DNA of 38,954 nt from an uncultured Spirochaetaceae bacterium. GTDB taxonomy: Bacteria; Spirochaetota; Spirochaetia; DSM-27196; PWMO01. Within the stretch, counting starts at the first letter, position 1. Every line of letters begins with the position of its first letter. This document shows, piece by piece, positions 26,175 through 35,688 of the stretch. The stretch spans positions 16,496 to 55,449 of the forward strand of contig CAYOFA010000001.1 of the NCBI GenBank assembly GCA_964402885.1, in the 5' to 3' direction. The translations under genes were made by a program, and so were the position numbers. The notes under the pieces are model-generated. The model was not told the DNA's origin. It did not search any database and was given only the letters and a program-made list of their open reading frames with translations.

Positions 26175-27182
26175 TCAGTCACTGCCGCCGTGTGCATCGG
26201 GAGCCGGGTTGCGCGAGCGGAGATATGCACTTCGGGCATTTTCACGTTCCAGCCATTTCAGCACGCTCTGATTGAACTCGCGGGCCGAGTAGTAGCCCAT
26301 TTTCTTCAGTCTCTCGTTCATGGCTCCCGTCTCGATGATAATCGGGATGTTTCTACCCGGTTTCACCGGTATTTGCAAGTAGGGAACCTTGACGCCGAGT
26401 ATCTCCTTGGTCCGCTCCTCGGCACCGATGCGGTCGTAGACCTTGTCGGAATCCCACAACTCGAGCTCCACGACGAGCTGCACCTGCTTGGTGTCGCGGA
26501 TGGCGCCGACTCCGAAGAGGTGGGTTATGTTGATGATCCCGAGTCCGCGGATTTCCATGTGATGGCCGAGAGCGCGGTTGGCGCCCTGGGCGAGCAGGAC
26601 GTTTCCGGACACACAGCGGATCTCCACCGCGTCGTCTGCTACCAGCCGGTGACCCCGCTCCACGAGCTCGAGGGCGGCCTCGCTCTTGCCAACCCCGCTG
26701 TCGCCGAGAATGAGCACGCCGATGCCGAACACCTCCACCAGCACACCGTGGACGGTCTCGTGGGCCGCAAAGACGTTGCCGAGCGCACGAAGAATGCGGG
26801 AGGAGAAGTCGCTCGATGGAAGGTCCGTCTGGAGGACGGGGCACTGTGACTCCTCGGCTATGCGGGCGAACTCCGGCGTCGGATCCAGCCCGTGGGTGAA
26901 TACCGCGCACGGCACGTCCCACTCGAAGAACCGATGGAGGACGTCGGTGCTGCCCTCGGCTTCGAGTTTACGCAGGAAGGCGGTTTCGCCCCGCCCGAAG
27001 ATCTGGATGCGCTCGCTTCCGAAGTTCTCGAAGAAGCCGTTCAGCGCGAGCCCGGGTCGGTTGAGATCCGGCACACGGATCTCCCGCGTGAGACCGGGTC
27101 GGCCGCCGATGCACTGCAGGTCGAGGGCATTATGCTCCTTCAGATCGAGGTCGAGGAGATCGAGGACCGTGAACTTCTTCAT
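26175..27182 (-). CDS. hprK: HPr kinase/phosphorylase
   Basis: P-loop ILGDSGVGKSEAALELVERGHRLVADD, and the signature region GLGIINITHLFG. Confidence 0.93.
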   Translation of the reverse strand: MKKFTVLDLLDLDLKEHNALDLQCIGGRPGLTREIRVPDLNRPGLALNGFFENFGSERIQIFGRGETAFLRKLEAEGSTDVLHRFFEWDVPCAVFTHGLDPTPEFARIAEESQCPVLQTDLPSSDFSSRILRALGNVFAAHETVHGVLVEVFGIGVLILGDSGVGKSEAALELVERGHRLVADDAVEIRCVSGNVLLAQGANRALGHHMEIRGLGIINITHLFGVGAIRDTKQVQLVVELELWDSDKVYDRIGAEERTKEILGVKVPYLQIPVKPGRNIPIIIETGAMNERLKKMGYYSAREFNQSVLKWLERENARSAYLRSRNPAPDAHGGSD

Positions 27183-27190
27183 ACGCGGAG

Positions 27191-27487
27191 CTAGTGCTCT
27201 TTGACCTTCTCCTTCTCCTTTTTGATTTTCATCTCGACGCTGTCGAGCAGGGAGTTCAGCCCCTCATGCAGATCGTAGGACTTCTCTTTGATGACGTGGG
27301 ATTTGCCCCAGCGAAAGTGAATCTTTGCTTCGAGGAAGTACCGGTTCTTCTCCTTCGTCAGCGTGAACTTCAGGTCGACAATGAGGTCCTTCGCGAAGTC
27401 GATCTTCTCCATTCGCTCCTCGATCCAGTCCTTGGTGTCGTCGTGAAGGTCGAAGTGTACCGCTTCGTAATCCAGAAGCATGCTCAT
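27191..27487 (-). CDS. hpf: ribosome hibernation promoting factor / sigma-54 modulation protein, short form
   Basis: It sits immediately downstream of rpoN. The roughly 97-aa sequence MSMLLDYEAVHFDLHDDTKDWIEERMEKI... matches the short HPF/YfiA pattern. GAGGAGG abuts the ATG at 27487, so the second ATG at 27481 may be the real start. Confidence 0.8.
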   Translation of the reverse strand: MSMLLDYEAVHFDLHDDTKDWIEERMEKIDFAKDLIVDLKFTLTKEKNRYFLEAKIHFRWGKSHVIKEKSYDLHEGLNSLLDSVEMKIKKEKEKVKEH

Positions 27488-27512
27488 CCTCCTCTTGCAG
27501 TGTGTTCGGGTC

Positions 27513-28886
27513 CTATCGATCGTACGAGGAGCTGATATCCAGCTCTTTTCGATACTTGGCAACCGTTCTGCGCGCGATGCTGATACCGCGCTGTTTCAGC
27601 AGGTCGGCGATCCGCTGATCCGACAGATGCTTCTCGCCGCTCTTGTCCTCCTCGAGGATCTCGCGGATCCTCTCTTTCACGGCCGACTTCGAATAGCGTG
27701 ACCCTTTCGAGCCCGCCCCCGAAATCGAGTTCGAGAAGAAGTACTTCAATTCAAAGATACCCCATTCGGTCTGCACATGCTTGGATGTCGTGATGCGGGA
27801 AACCGTCGCCTCGTGCACGTCCACCGTGGTGGCGATATCCTTCAGCGTCAGGGGAACGAGATACTTGGGGCCGCGCAGAAAGAAGTCGCGCTGAAACTCG
27901 ACGATGGCCCGCGCCACCTTCAGCAGCGTCTGATTCCGTTGCTGGATGCTGTGTATGAACCACCGCGCATCCTTCACCGAGGACTTCACGAAGCGATTCA
28001 CGTCCTTCTGCTCGGTGCCCGAGTTGTTCATCTTCTCGAAGAACGGGTTGATGCCGAGCACCGGGATCTCCTCGTCGTTGAGGACGATGACGAACTGACC
28101 TTCCTTGATGGTGACGAGCAGATCCGGGATGACGTAGCGCGGAGACTCGGTGGAGTACTTGCGCCCGGGAAAGGGCGTCAGCGTGCGGATGAACTCCAGG
28201 GCCTCGAGAACCTGCTCCTCGGTGATCTTCATCTTACGGGCGATTTCCCGGTATTTCTCCCGCTCGAGCAGGTCGAAATGCTCCGTGATGATGGTGTCGG
28301 TTCCCTCGGGCATGTCGTCGCGCAGGCGCGCCTGCACCAGAAGCGACTCCCGATAGTCGGCGACACAGGTGCCCACCGGCTCGAAGGTCTGAATCATCTG
28401 CGCCATGCGCGAGAGCACCTCGTGGCGGGATTCCGGCACGAGACTCTGGGGATCCTCGATGTGGAAGCCGTTCTCATCGACGTTGTGGATGAGCAACTCG
28501 CCGAGCTCAAACTCGCCCTCCGAGAGGGGCTGCAGCCGAAGTTGCCACAGCAGGTGTTCCTGCAGGGACTCCGGCCGTGAGAGCGCTCCCTCCATGAACT
28601 GCTGCTTTGAGTCGGAGGCCTCGGTGTCGTAGCTTCTCGTGGTGTAGCCGGGATCCGAGGAGTTCTCGAAGTAGTCGTAATCCTCCGCGGGCGTACCGGC
28701 CACCTCTTCGAGAGACACCGTGGAGCGCTCTTCTTCGACTTCGAGGGCAGGGTTCTGTTCGATCTCCTGCTGTATCTTGAATCTGAGGTCCTGGATGGGA
28801 AGTGCCATCAACTGGATGCTCTGGTAGAGCTGAGGGTTCATCCTCAGCTTCTGCTGCTGCACCAGGACCGGTCTCTGAACTTGCAC
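27513..28886 (-). CDS. rpoN: RNA polymerase sigma-54 factor
   Basis: Gln-rich region I: QQQKLRMNPQLYQSIQLMALP. Core-binding region, HTH, and RpoN box ARRTVAKYR. The GTG start has GGGAGG 5 nt upstream. Confidence 0.93.
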   Translation of the reverse strand: MQVQRPVLVQQQKLRMNPQLYQSIQLMALPIQDLRFKIQQEIEQNPALEVEEERSTVSLEEVAGTPAEDYDYFENSSDPGYTTRSYDTEASDSKQQFMEGALSRPESLQEHLLWQLRLQPLSEGEFELGELLIHNVDENGFHIEDPQSLVPESRHEVLSRMAQMIQTFEPVGTCVADYRESLLVQARLRDDMPEGTDTIITEHFDLLEREKYREIARKMKITEEQVLEALEFIRTLTPFPGRKYSTESPRYVIPDLLVTIKEGQFVIVLNDEEIPVLGINPFFEKMNNSGTEQKDVNRFVKSSVKDARWFIHSIQQRNQTLLKVARAIVEFQRDFFLRGPKYLVPLTLKDIATTVDVHEATVSRITTSKHVQTEWGIFELKYFFSNSISGAGSKGSRYSKSAVKERIREILEEDKSGEKHLSDQRIADLLKQRGISIARRTVAKYRKELDISSSYDR

Positions 28887-28968
28887 GATTACCTCCCCCC
28901 TGCCTGCAATCGACCATGGCAGGGGTCCGATTCAATATTGAATCAGCCGTATGTGTTTGTCAACGTTG

Positions 28969-29757
28969 CTACATGGTGAAGCTGTCGCCGAGATAGACCT
29001 TCCGGGCGATCTCGTTCCGCATCACCTCGTCACGACTTCCGGCAACCACGATCTCCCCGTCCTTGATGATGTAGGAGCGGTTGGTGATCTCGAGGGTGTC
29101 GCGAACGTTGTGATCGGTGACCAGCACGCCGATCCCCTTGGCGGAGAGGCTCTGTACGATGGTCTTGATCTCGTAGACCGCGATGGGGTCGATCCCGGCG
29201 AAGGGCTCGTCGAGAAGGAGGAACTTCGGCTCGATGGCCAGTGACCGCGCGATTTCGGTGCGCCGGCGCTCGCCCCCGGAGAGGGTGTAGGCCTTCTGCC
29301 GGCGGTTCTCCTCGATACCGAGCTCGCTGAGGAGCTCATCGAGTCGCGCATGCTTTTCCTCACGGCTGAGGTCGCCGCGGGTTTCCAGAATCGCCCAGAT
29401 GTTCTGCTCGACGGTGAGCTTGCGAAACACCGAGGGCTCCTGCGGCAGGTAGGAGATTCCCAGGCGCGCGCGACGATACATGGGCAGATCGGTAATGTCG
29501 TGCTCATCGAGATAGATGCGACCCCGCTGTGGTGTGATGAAGCCCACGATCATGTAGAAGCAGGTGGTCTTGCCGGCACCGTTGGGTCCGAGAAAGCCCA
29601 CCACCTCGCCCCGGTGCATGGAGAATGCGACGTCGTTCACCACGATCCGGCGGCCGTACTGCTTGGTCAGCCCCTCCACGCGAAGCGAGGGTTCTGCGGC
29701 GGATCCGTCGCCGGCGGGCGGACTCGAGGGCCCGCTCATCTGACCTTCGTCACTCAT
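28969..29757 (-). CDS. lptB: LPS export ABC transporter ATP-binding protein
   Basis: Walker A GPNGAGKTT. The LptB-typical segment YRRARLGISYLPQEPSVFRKLTV is present. Signature LSGGERRRTEIARSL and Walker B LLLDEPFAGIDP. Confidence 0.92.
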   Translation of the reverse strand: MSDEGQMSGPSSPPAGDGSAAEPSLRVEGLTKQYGRRIVVNDVAFSMHRGEVVGFLGPNGAGKTTCFYMIVGFITPQRGRIYLDEHDITDLPMYRRARLGISYLPQEPSVFRKLTVEQNIWAILETRGDLSREEKHARLDELLSELGIEENRRQKAYTLSGGERRRTEIARSLAIEPKFLLLDEPFAGIDPIAVYEIKTIVQSLSAKGIGVLVTDHNVRDTLEITNRSYIIKDGEIVVAGSRDEVMRNEIARKVYLGDSFTM

Positions 29758-30424
29758 CGCCGGCCTCCTCGTCGGCAGGCGTGATGGAGCCCCGCACGTC
29801 GCCCTCGAGGCTGATCTCCTCGGTCTCGGTGTTCACGATGATGCGCGAGGCGCGGTACTCATCGCCCTGCCAGAACACGACCGGCAGGCCGGAAAGCTCG
29901 AGGACCTGATCGTCACGGCGATAGCGCGCGTACTCACCCCGCGCGGTGAGCTCATCTCCGAAGATGCGAACCTGTATCTGGGCGATGGTCAGCTCCTCCT
30001 GCTGCCTGCTCTCCAGCACCCCGCCGCGCACGACGAGCTCGTTCTCGATGTCCTCGAGGACGGCGTCGCCTTCGGCGCGCAGCACTTCCTCCTCGCGGTC
30101 GAAGAACAGCTCGGCGCTCTCGATGCGAATGCCACGCTCTTCATCGGAGGCGCGAACGTTGCCGGTGCACAGGGCGTAGCGGAAGTCCTCCCCGTAGATC
30201 TCGATTTCGTCCGCGCGGATCTCCATGGTATCGGAGGTGACACGCGCGTTTCCCGAGAGCAGCGTCCGCTCGCGCCCCTCGGCAAAGACGATGCGCGTGG
30301 AGTCGCCGGCGAACTCGAAGCGCTCGGCCGCGACGGCGGGAGCAACCATCAACAGAAGCGCCGCGAAGACGGCGGCGGCAGCCGCGGCGGCGGCGCCGGG
30401 GCGGGCCGAGATCCTACTCGTCAT
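29750..30424 (-). CDS. lptA: OstA/LptA-like periplasmic LPS transport protein
   Basis: Signal peptide ending AVAAE. It has repetitive beta-jellyroll-like segments (GNARVTSDTMEIRADEIEIY..., GDAVLED...). It sits between the lptC-like gene and lptB, with overlapping junctions. Confidence 0.65.
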   Translation of the reverse strand: MTSRISARPGAAAAAAAAVFAALLLMVAPAVAAERFEFAGDSTRIVFAEGRERTLLSGNARVTSDTMEIRADEIEIYGEDFRYALCTGNVRASDEERGIRIESAELFFDREEEVLRAEGDAVLEDIENELVVRGGVLESRQQEELTIAQIQVRIFGDELTARGEYARYRRDDQVLELSGLPVVFWQGDEYRASRIIVNTETEEISLEGDVRGSITPADEEAGDE

Positions 30425-31016
30425 CGGTCTCGATCACTCCCCGCACCGACTCGGCGAACCGCGCGATGCTGCGGCGCATGTCCGCCTCGAACCCGGTCCC
30501 CTCCACCACACTGCCGGAGTCGAGCTCGAGGCGCACCGTCTCGTCGTTTCGACCGCGCAGCAGCTTCTCCTCGTTGTTCCAGCTGAGGTATCCCGTGGTC
30601 ACGCGTGCTTCGTATTCTTTGGAGTAGAACGAGATATTGCCGCTCATCGTCACATCGTCCGTCTCGCTGTCGTGCACGGCGCGATCGGCCGAGCCGCTCG
30701 TAATCACCTCGCCGTCGGCGCCGAGCTCTTCGAACTGCAGCCCGAGGAGAATCTGCTCCTGTCGCTCGGGGTAGGTCTCCGCTCGTTCGGCGGTGATGCG
30801 GAAGCTGCGGGCTGCGGTCCTGACGACGGTGAACCGTGCGTCGGTCACGATCGTCTCGGGCACCCCCTCGTCGCGCTCCTCGGCCACCTCGAGCTGCTCG
30901 TAGTCGAGGCTGCAGGCGCCGAGCGCCAGCATCACCGCCGCCGCGACTACGCCCGCGCGTGCCATCGCCGCCGCTGCGGCGTGCGCCCGCACCCCGCAGC
31001 CCGCCCGCGGTTTCAT
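30414..31016 (-). CDS. lptC: LptC-like lipoprotein
   Basis: The ATG at 31016 overlaps the pyrG stop (ATGA). Lipobox LALGAC. The LptC-like body is ITAERAETYPERQEQILLGLQFEE...YLSWNNEEKLLRG. Confidence 0.55.
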   Translation of the reverse strand: MKPRAGCGVRAHAAAAAMARAGVVAAAVMLALGACSLDYEQLEVAEERDEGVPETIVTDARFTVVRTAARSFRITAERAETYPERQEQILLGLQFEELGADGEVITSGSADRAVHDSETDDVTMSGNISFYSKEYEARVTTGYLSWNNEEKLLRGRNDETVRLELDSGSVVEGTGFEADMRRSIARFAESVRGVIETDDE

Positions 31017-32656
31017 CCGGCCGGTACGTCGACGTGCGTGCGGGCGCTGCGGGCACGCTCGCGGACGTAGCTCGCCGCGATGAAGCTCTGAAACAGCGGA
31101 TGGGCGGCGACCGGTTTGGACCGGAACTCCGGATGGTACTGTACGCCGATCCCCCAAGTGTGCCCGCGCCACTGCACCGATTCCACGAGCTCCGCGTCGG
31201 GTGTGACGCCTGCCACATGCAGCCCCGCCTCGTGAAGGCGCTCGCGGTAGAGATTGGACACCTCGTAGCGGTGGCGGTGGCGCTCACGGATGGTCTCGCG
31301 CCCGTATATCTCGCGGATCTTGTAGCCCTCGTAGAGCAGCGTGTCGTTGGCTCCGAGGCGCATGGTGCCGCCGTAGTTCTTCACGTTCACCTGCTCCTCG
31401 AGCAGGCTCACCACCGGATCGGAGGTCTCCGGCGTGAACTCGGTGCTGTCGGCCTCGGGCATGCCCATGACGTTGCGCGCGTACTCGATGACCATCACCT
31501 GCATGCCGAGGCAGATCCCGAAATAGGGGACGTTGTTCTCCCGCGCCCAGCGGGCGGTATTGATCATGCCCTGTACGCCGCGGCTGCCGAATCCGCCGGG
31601 AACAAGAATGCCGTCGATGTCATCGAAAATCCGATCGAGGTCCGTCTCGCCCTCGAGCTCCTCGGAGTCGATCTTCACGAGTTCCACGCGCACTCCGTTG
31701 GCGATGCCGCCGTGGAAGAGCGCCTCATCCACCGACTTGTAAGCGTCGTTGAGGTCGATGTACTTGCCCACGAACCCGATGCGCACGGTGTGCTCCGCGT
31801 GACGGAAGGCGCGGGAAACGTGCTCCCAGGCGCCGAGGTCGGTTTCGTGCAGCGGCATGTGGAGCTTGCGCAGCACGATCTCGTCGAGCTGCTGGCGATA
31901 GAAAGACAGCGGAATGTCGTAGATGGTGGTCTTGATGTCGTAGGCGGAGACGACTGCCTCCTCCTCCACGTTCGTGAAGACCGATATCTTGCGCCGGAGG
32001 TCGTCGGTGAGCGCCACGGGGGCGCGGCAGAGCAGCACATCGGGCTGCAGGCCGATCTCGCGAAGCTCCTTCACCGAGTGCTGCGTGGGCTTGGTCTTGA
32101 GCTCGTTTCCCGCAACCTCGGGTATGAGGGTGAGGTGCACGGTCATCACGTTCTCGTGCCCGAGCTCGCGGGTCATCTGCCGCGCCGCCTCGAGGTAGGG
32201 CACCGACTCGATGTCGCCGACCGTACCGCCGACTTCCACGATGGTCACGTCCACCTCGGCAGACTCGCCCACGGCGAAAATTCGCTGCTTGATGCGATCC
32301 GTTATATGGGGGATCACCTGCACGGTGCGGCCGAGGTAACGGCCCTCGCGCTCGCGCTGTATGACCTCCTGATAGATCTGGCCCGTTGTGATCGAGGAGG
32401 CCCGCATGATCGGAGACTGTGTGAATCTGGCATAGTTGCCGAGATCGAGATCGGTTTCGGCGCCGTCGTCGGTGACGTAGACTTCCCCGTGCTGATAGGG
32501 ACTCATGGTCCCCGCATCGACGTTGATGTAAGGGTCGATTTTGACCATTCGGACAGAGAGGCCACGACACTCGAGCAGACTTCCGAGGGAAGCCGCCGCA
32601 ACGCCTTTGCCAAGGCTCGAACACACGCCGCCCGTGACAAAGATGTACTTGTTCAT
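31013..32656 (-). CDS. pyrG: CTP synthase
   Basis: N-terminus [19 protein letters not shown]. Glutamine amidotransferase Cys in GICLGMQ, and HRHRYE near the C-terminus. Confidence 0.95.
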   Translation of the reverse strand: MNKYIFVTGGVCSSLGKGVAAASLGSLLECRGLSVRMVKIDPYINVDAGTMSPYQHGEVYVTDDGAETDLDLGNYARFTQSPIMRASSITTGQIYQEVIQREREGRYLGRTVQVIPHITDRIKQRIFAVGESAEVDVTIVEVGGTVGDIESVPYLEAARQMTRELGHENVMTVHLTLIPEVAGNELKTKPTQHSVKELREIGLQPDVLLCRAPVALTDDLRRKISVFTNVEEEAVVSAYDIKTTIYDIPLSFYRQQLDEIVLRKLHMPLHETDLGAWEHVSRAFRHAEHTVRIGFVGKYIDLNDAYKSVDEALFHGGIANGVRVELVKIDSEELEGETDLDRIFDDIDGILVPGGFGSRGVQGMINTARWARENNVPYFGICLGMQVMVIEYARNVMGMPEADSTEFTPETSDPVVSLLEEQVNVKNYGGTMRLGANDTLLYEGYKIREIYGRETIRERHRHRYEVSNLYRERLHEAGLHVAGVTPDAELVESVQWRGHTWGIGVQYHPEFRSKPVAAHPLFQSFIAASYVRERARSARTHVDVPAG

Positions 32657-32665
32657 GGGCCTGTA

Positions 32666-33130
32666 TTATACCCTGCTGAAGTACAGCACGTCCATGCGGC
32701 GGCGACGGGATACGAGCTCCGGCTCGAGATCGGCGAGGAGGCGCCGGTCGACCATGACCGGAAGGTCGAGGTAGGCGGCAAGGACGGTTCCCTCGCCGCA
32801 GCTCACATCGAGATGGCGTTCCTCCACCCCGTCGTGGTAGAGAAGCGAGGCCTGCTTCTCCAGCGGGGAAACGACGACCCGCAGCGGAGTCAGCCCGTTA
32901 TCACGCAACAGCGCAACGACGGTTGCATAGGGAGACTGTTCCACCGTGCCACCCTGCTCCAGCCGCAGGAGTAACTCGGAGGCCTGTCCCGCCGTCAGCG
33001 GTATGGAGATACCCGTTTCGCTCGTGCCGTCCACCAGAAACACCCGCTGGTCGCCGGAGAATCGGTCCACACCTATGGCGGCAATCGCGACCTCATTCAA
33101 GCCCGTTTCCATTGCTCGTTCCGTCCACAT
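32666..33130 (-). CDS. bifunctional nuclease (BFN/DUF151) family protein
   Basis: The pattern VFLVDGTSETGISIPLTAGQASELLLRL...SPYATVVALLRDNGLTPLRVVV...LDVSCGEGTVLAAYLDLPVMVD matches the BFN-domain layout. An alternative start is M7 at 33112. Confidence 0.65.
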   Translation of the reverse strand: MWTERAMETGLNEVAIAAIGVDRFSGDQRVFLVDGTSETGISIPLTAGQASELLLRLEQGGTVEQSPYATVVALLRDNGLTPLRVVVSPLEKQASLLYHDGVEERHLDVSCGEGTVLAAYLDLPVMVDRRLLADLEPELVSRRRRMDVLYFSRV

Positions 33131-33232
33131 GCTTAAGAGCAGAATCTATCACGTCCGTAGGCGGATCTCAGGTCCAGGATGCGCATGTTGACACCCCTGC
33201 AGCGGAAACCTACACTCGGTGGCACTCCGGCT

Positions 33233-34051
33233 ATGGTGGGGAACATAAGCGACGAAGAATTCACCCAATTTCGCGATCTGATCTACGAGGCAAGCGGGAT
33301 CAACTTCACCACCTCGAACCGGTCCATTCTCGAGAGCCGCCTGCGGGAGCGGCTGCGGTCCTCAGGTAGCGACAACCTCAGCGAGTATTACCGCCGCATC
33401 AAACGCGAGCCCGAGGAGCTCAGGGTCCTCCTCGACACCGTCACCACGAATCTCACGCGCTTCTTCCGCAATACGGCGCACATACAGGCCTTCGAGTATG
33501 CCATCCTCCCCGACCTCATCGAGCAGAAACGCCGCACGGGCGGGCAGAGCCTGCGCATGTGGAGCGCCGGCTGCTCGACCGGCGAGGAGCCCTACACGAT
33601 GGCCATGGTCGCCCGCGAGCTGGTGCCGCCGACCATCAAGGTCGGCATAACCGCGTCCGACATCAGCCTCAAGTCGCTCATGGTCGGCAGGCAGGGGTTG
33701 TACCCCGAGAACCGCGTGGAGCACGTGCCGGAGAAGTATCTCAAGAAGTATTTCACGAAGAAGCCGTCGGGCTACCAGATCAACCAGGACATCATGGACA
33801 TGGTGACCTTCGATTACCACAATCTCAAACACGACAGCGGGCTCCGCGACCTCGACGTGGTGTTCTGCCGAAACGTGCTCATCTACTTCGACGAGACCGC
33901 TCAGCGCAATGCGGTGCAGCGGTTCTGGGACACGATGGGTCGGTACTCGTACCTGTTCATCGGCCACTCGGAGTCACTGTTCGGCATGAACACGCAGTTC
34001 GAATTCTACCGAACGGACTGGGCCTCCGTATATCGAAAGAAACTGGTGTAA
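33233..34051 (+). CDS. cheR: chemotaxis protein methyltransferase
   Basis: The CheR N-domain is DEEFTQFRDLIYEASGINF...LESRLRERL. The SAM-binding segment is LRMWSAGCSTGEEPYTMAM, followed by FCRNVLIYFD. The ATG at 33233 is preferred over 33179. Confidence 0.9.
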   Translation: MVGNISDEEFTQFRDLIYEASGINFTTSNRSILESRLRERLRSSGSDNLSEYYRRIKREPEELRVLLDTVTTNLTRFFRNTAHIQAFEYAILPDLIEQKRRTGGQSLRMWSAGCSTGEEPYTMAMVARELVPPTIKVGITASDISLKSLMVGRQGLYPENRVEHVPEKYLKKYFTKKPSGYQINQDIMDMVTFDYHNLKHDSGLRDLDVVFCRNVLIYFDETAQRNAVQRFWDTMGRYSYLFIGHSESLFGMNTQFEFYRTDWASVYRKKLV

Positions 34052-34056
34052 CCGAT

Positions 34057-35223
34057 ATGTCGCAATCCACCGAGAAAATCAGGGCGCTCGTCGTCGACGA
34101 CTCGGCTCTCATGCGAAACCTGGTAAGCAAAATGCTCGAGGCCGCCGGCGATGTTCAGGTCGTCGGGACGGCGATGAACGGCGAGTTCGCGCTGCAGAAG
34201 ATCGAGCGCCTCGACCCGGACGTTGTCGTGCTCGACATCGAGATGCCGGTCATGAACGGGATCGAGTTTCTCCAGGAACGGCGCAAACGATCGATCGACG
34301 TCCCCGTCGTTGTCCTTTCTTCCGTGGCGCGGAAGGGAGCCCGCATTACCATGGATGCGCTCGCCCTCGGTGCCGCGGACTTCGTGACGAAACCGTCGGG
34401 GTCGGTATCCCGCGATATCGTGCGCGTCGAGGCCCAGGTGGTGGAGCTCGTTCGCGCATACGGACGGCAGCACCGAAACCGCAAAGGACTGCGCACCCTC
34501 GACCGACCCGAAGGAACGGCGCCGCCCACGGTGGAGCCACATGCCCGTCCGCCGGCCCAGGCACGTCCGGCAAAGCCGGCGCCGGCGGCACCGACCGTTC
34601 CCGAGGCCCCGGCGCGGGTCAAACCCCTCGTCGAGCCGGGCAGACCGGAGGTCGTGGCCATCGGCATATCCACCGGCGGCCCGAACGCCCTGCGGAAGGT
34701 CTTCGCCGAGCTCGACGCGGATCTCCCCGTTCCGGTGCTCGTCGTGCAGCACATGCCCGCCGGATTCACCGCGGAGTTCGCCCGCAGCCTCGATCGGGTC
34801 TGTGCGCTCACCGTGCGCGAGGCGGAGGATGGGATGGCGGTTCGCCCGGGCAACGTGATTATCGCACCGGGGAACTATCATCTCGGCGTCGTACGTCATT
34901 CCGATGCGGTTGCGCTGCGCGTCACCCAGGACGATCCGCGCAACGGCCATCGCCCCTCAGCGGACGTTCTCTTCGAGACCGTCGCCGAAGTCTACGGCAA
35001 TCATGCGGTAGCCGTCATCATGACCGGCATGGGACGCGACGGGTCGGCCGGCCTCGCGAAGCTCTACGAGCGCGGCGGGATGACCATCGGGCAGGATGAG
35101 GCAAGCAGCGTTGTGTATGGAATGCCCAAGGTCGCCTACGAGCTCGGGTACGTCAGAAAACAGGTTGCGCTGCACGAGATCGCCGGCGCCATCTCGGAGG
35201 CTGCGCGGGCGACGTACGCGTAG
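34057..35223 (+). CDS. cheB: chemotaxis response regulator protein-glutamate methylesterase
   Basis: REC domain (ALVVDDSALMR...VLDIEMPVMNG) followed by a long Pro/Ala linker. The esterase domain has GISTGGPNAL, QHMPAGFT, GHRPSADVLF and GMGRDG. Confidence 0.9.
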   Translation: MSQSTEKIRALVVDDSALMRNLVSKMLEAAGDVQVVGTAMNGEFALQKIERLDPDVVVLDIEMPVMNGIEFLQERRKRSIDVPVVVLSSVARKGARITMDALALGAADFVTKPSGSVSRDIVRVEAQVVELVRAYGRQHRNRKGLRTLDRPEGTAPPTVEPHARPPAQARPAKPAPAAPTVPEAPARVKPLVEPGRPEVVAIGISTGGPNALRKVFAELDADLPVPVLVVQHMPAGFTAEFARSLDRVCALTVREAEDGMAVRPGNVIIAPGNYHLGVVRHSDAVALRVTQDDPRNGHRPSADVLFETVAEVYGNHAVAVIMTGMGRDGSAGLAKLYERGGMTIGQDEASSVVYGMPKVAYELGYVRKQVALHEIAGAISEAARATYA

Positions 35224-35268
35224 CCCGCGGCGCGCATACTCCATGGCGTCGCCCCGGCACCCCCTGCG

Positions 35269-35688
35269 TCAGTTCGGGGCGTCACCTGCCACGCGTCGCA
35301 GGACCGAGGGCATGGACTGCCCCCCGCGACCGCGATTGTAGAGATACACGCCCGCAAATCCCACCGCAAGCGACACTGCGCCAACACCCGCCCGACCTGC
35401 CTCGGAGGCGATCCCGAGAAGCCGCCCCGCCAGGTCGAACCCGAGAATGAAGAGCAGCAGCGGCAGGATCAGCACCATAAAGCCCGCGAGAATCGCCTTC
35501 CCCGGATGAACGAACACCTCCACCTCGTCATTCGGGCTGAGCTCTATGTGATTGGTATTCTCGGCGCTGAACCGGCGCTGTTTCGTGCTGCAGAATGATG
35601 ACGAACAGGCTTTGCAGGTATCCCCGTCGGCGCACGCGAGGGTGACGCGGTCGCCGTCTATGCTAATGACTCTCGCTTTCTCGATCAT
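35269..35688 (-). CDS. RseC/MucC-family (SoxR-reducing system) membrane protein
   Basis: MIEKARVISIDGDRVTLACADGDTCKACSSSFC...NDEVEVFV is followed by two TM helices (ILAGFMVLILPLLLFILG, VGAVSLAVGFAGVYLY). The start at 35688 overlaps the upstream gene by 26 nt. Confidence 0.7.
   Translation of the reverse strand: MIEKARVISIDGDRVTLACADGDTCKACSSSFCSTKQRRFSAENTNHIELSPNDEVEVFVHPGKAILAGFMVLILPLLLFILGFDLAGRLLGIASEAGRAGVGAVSLAVGFAGVYLYNRGRGGQSMPSVLRRVAGDAPN

Noticed and set aside
33220-33234. TGGCAC as a sigma-54 -24 element upstream of cheR.
   Set aside because: The -12 position reads CTAT rather than TTGC, and the motif abuts the cheR start codon.
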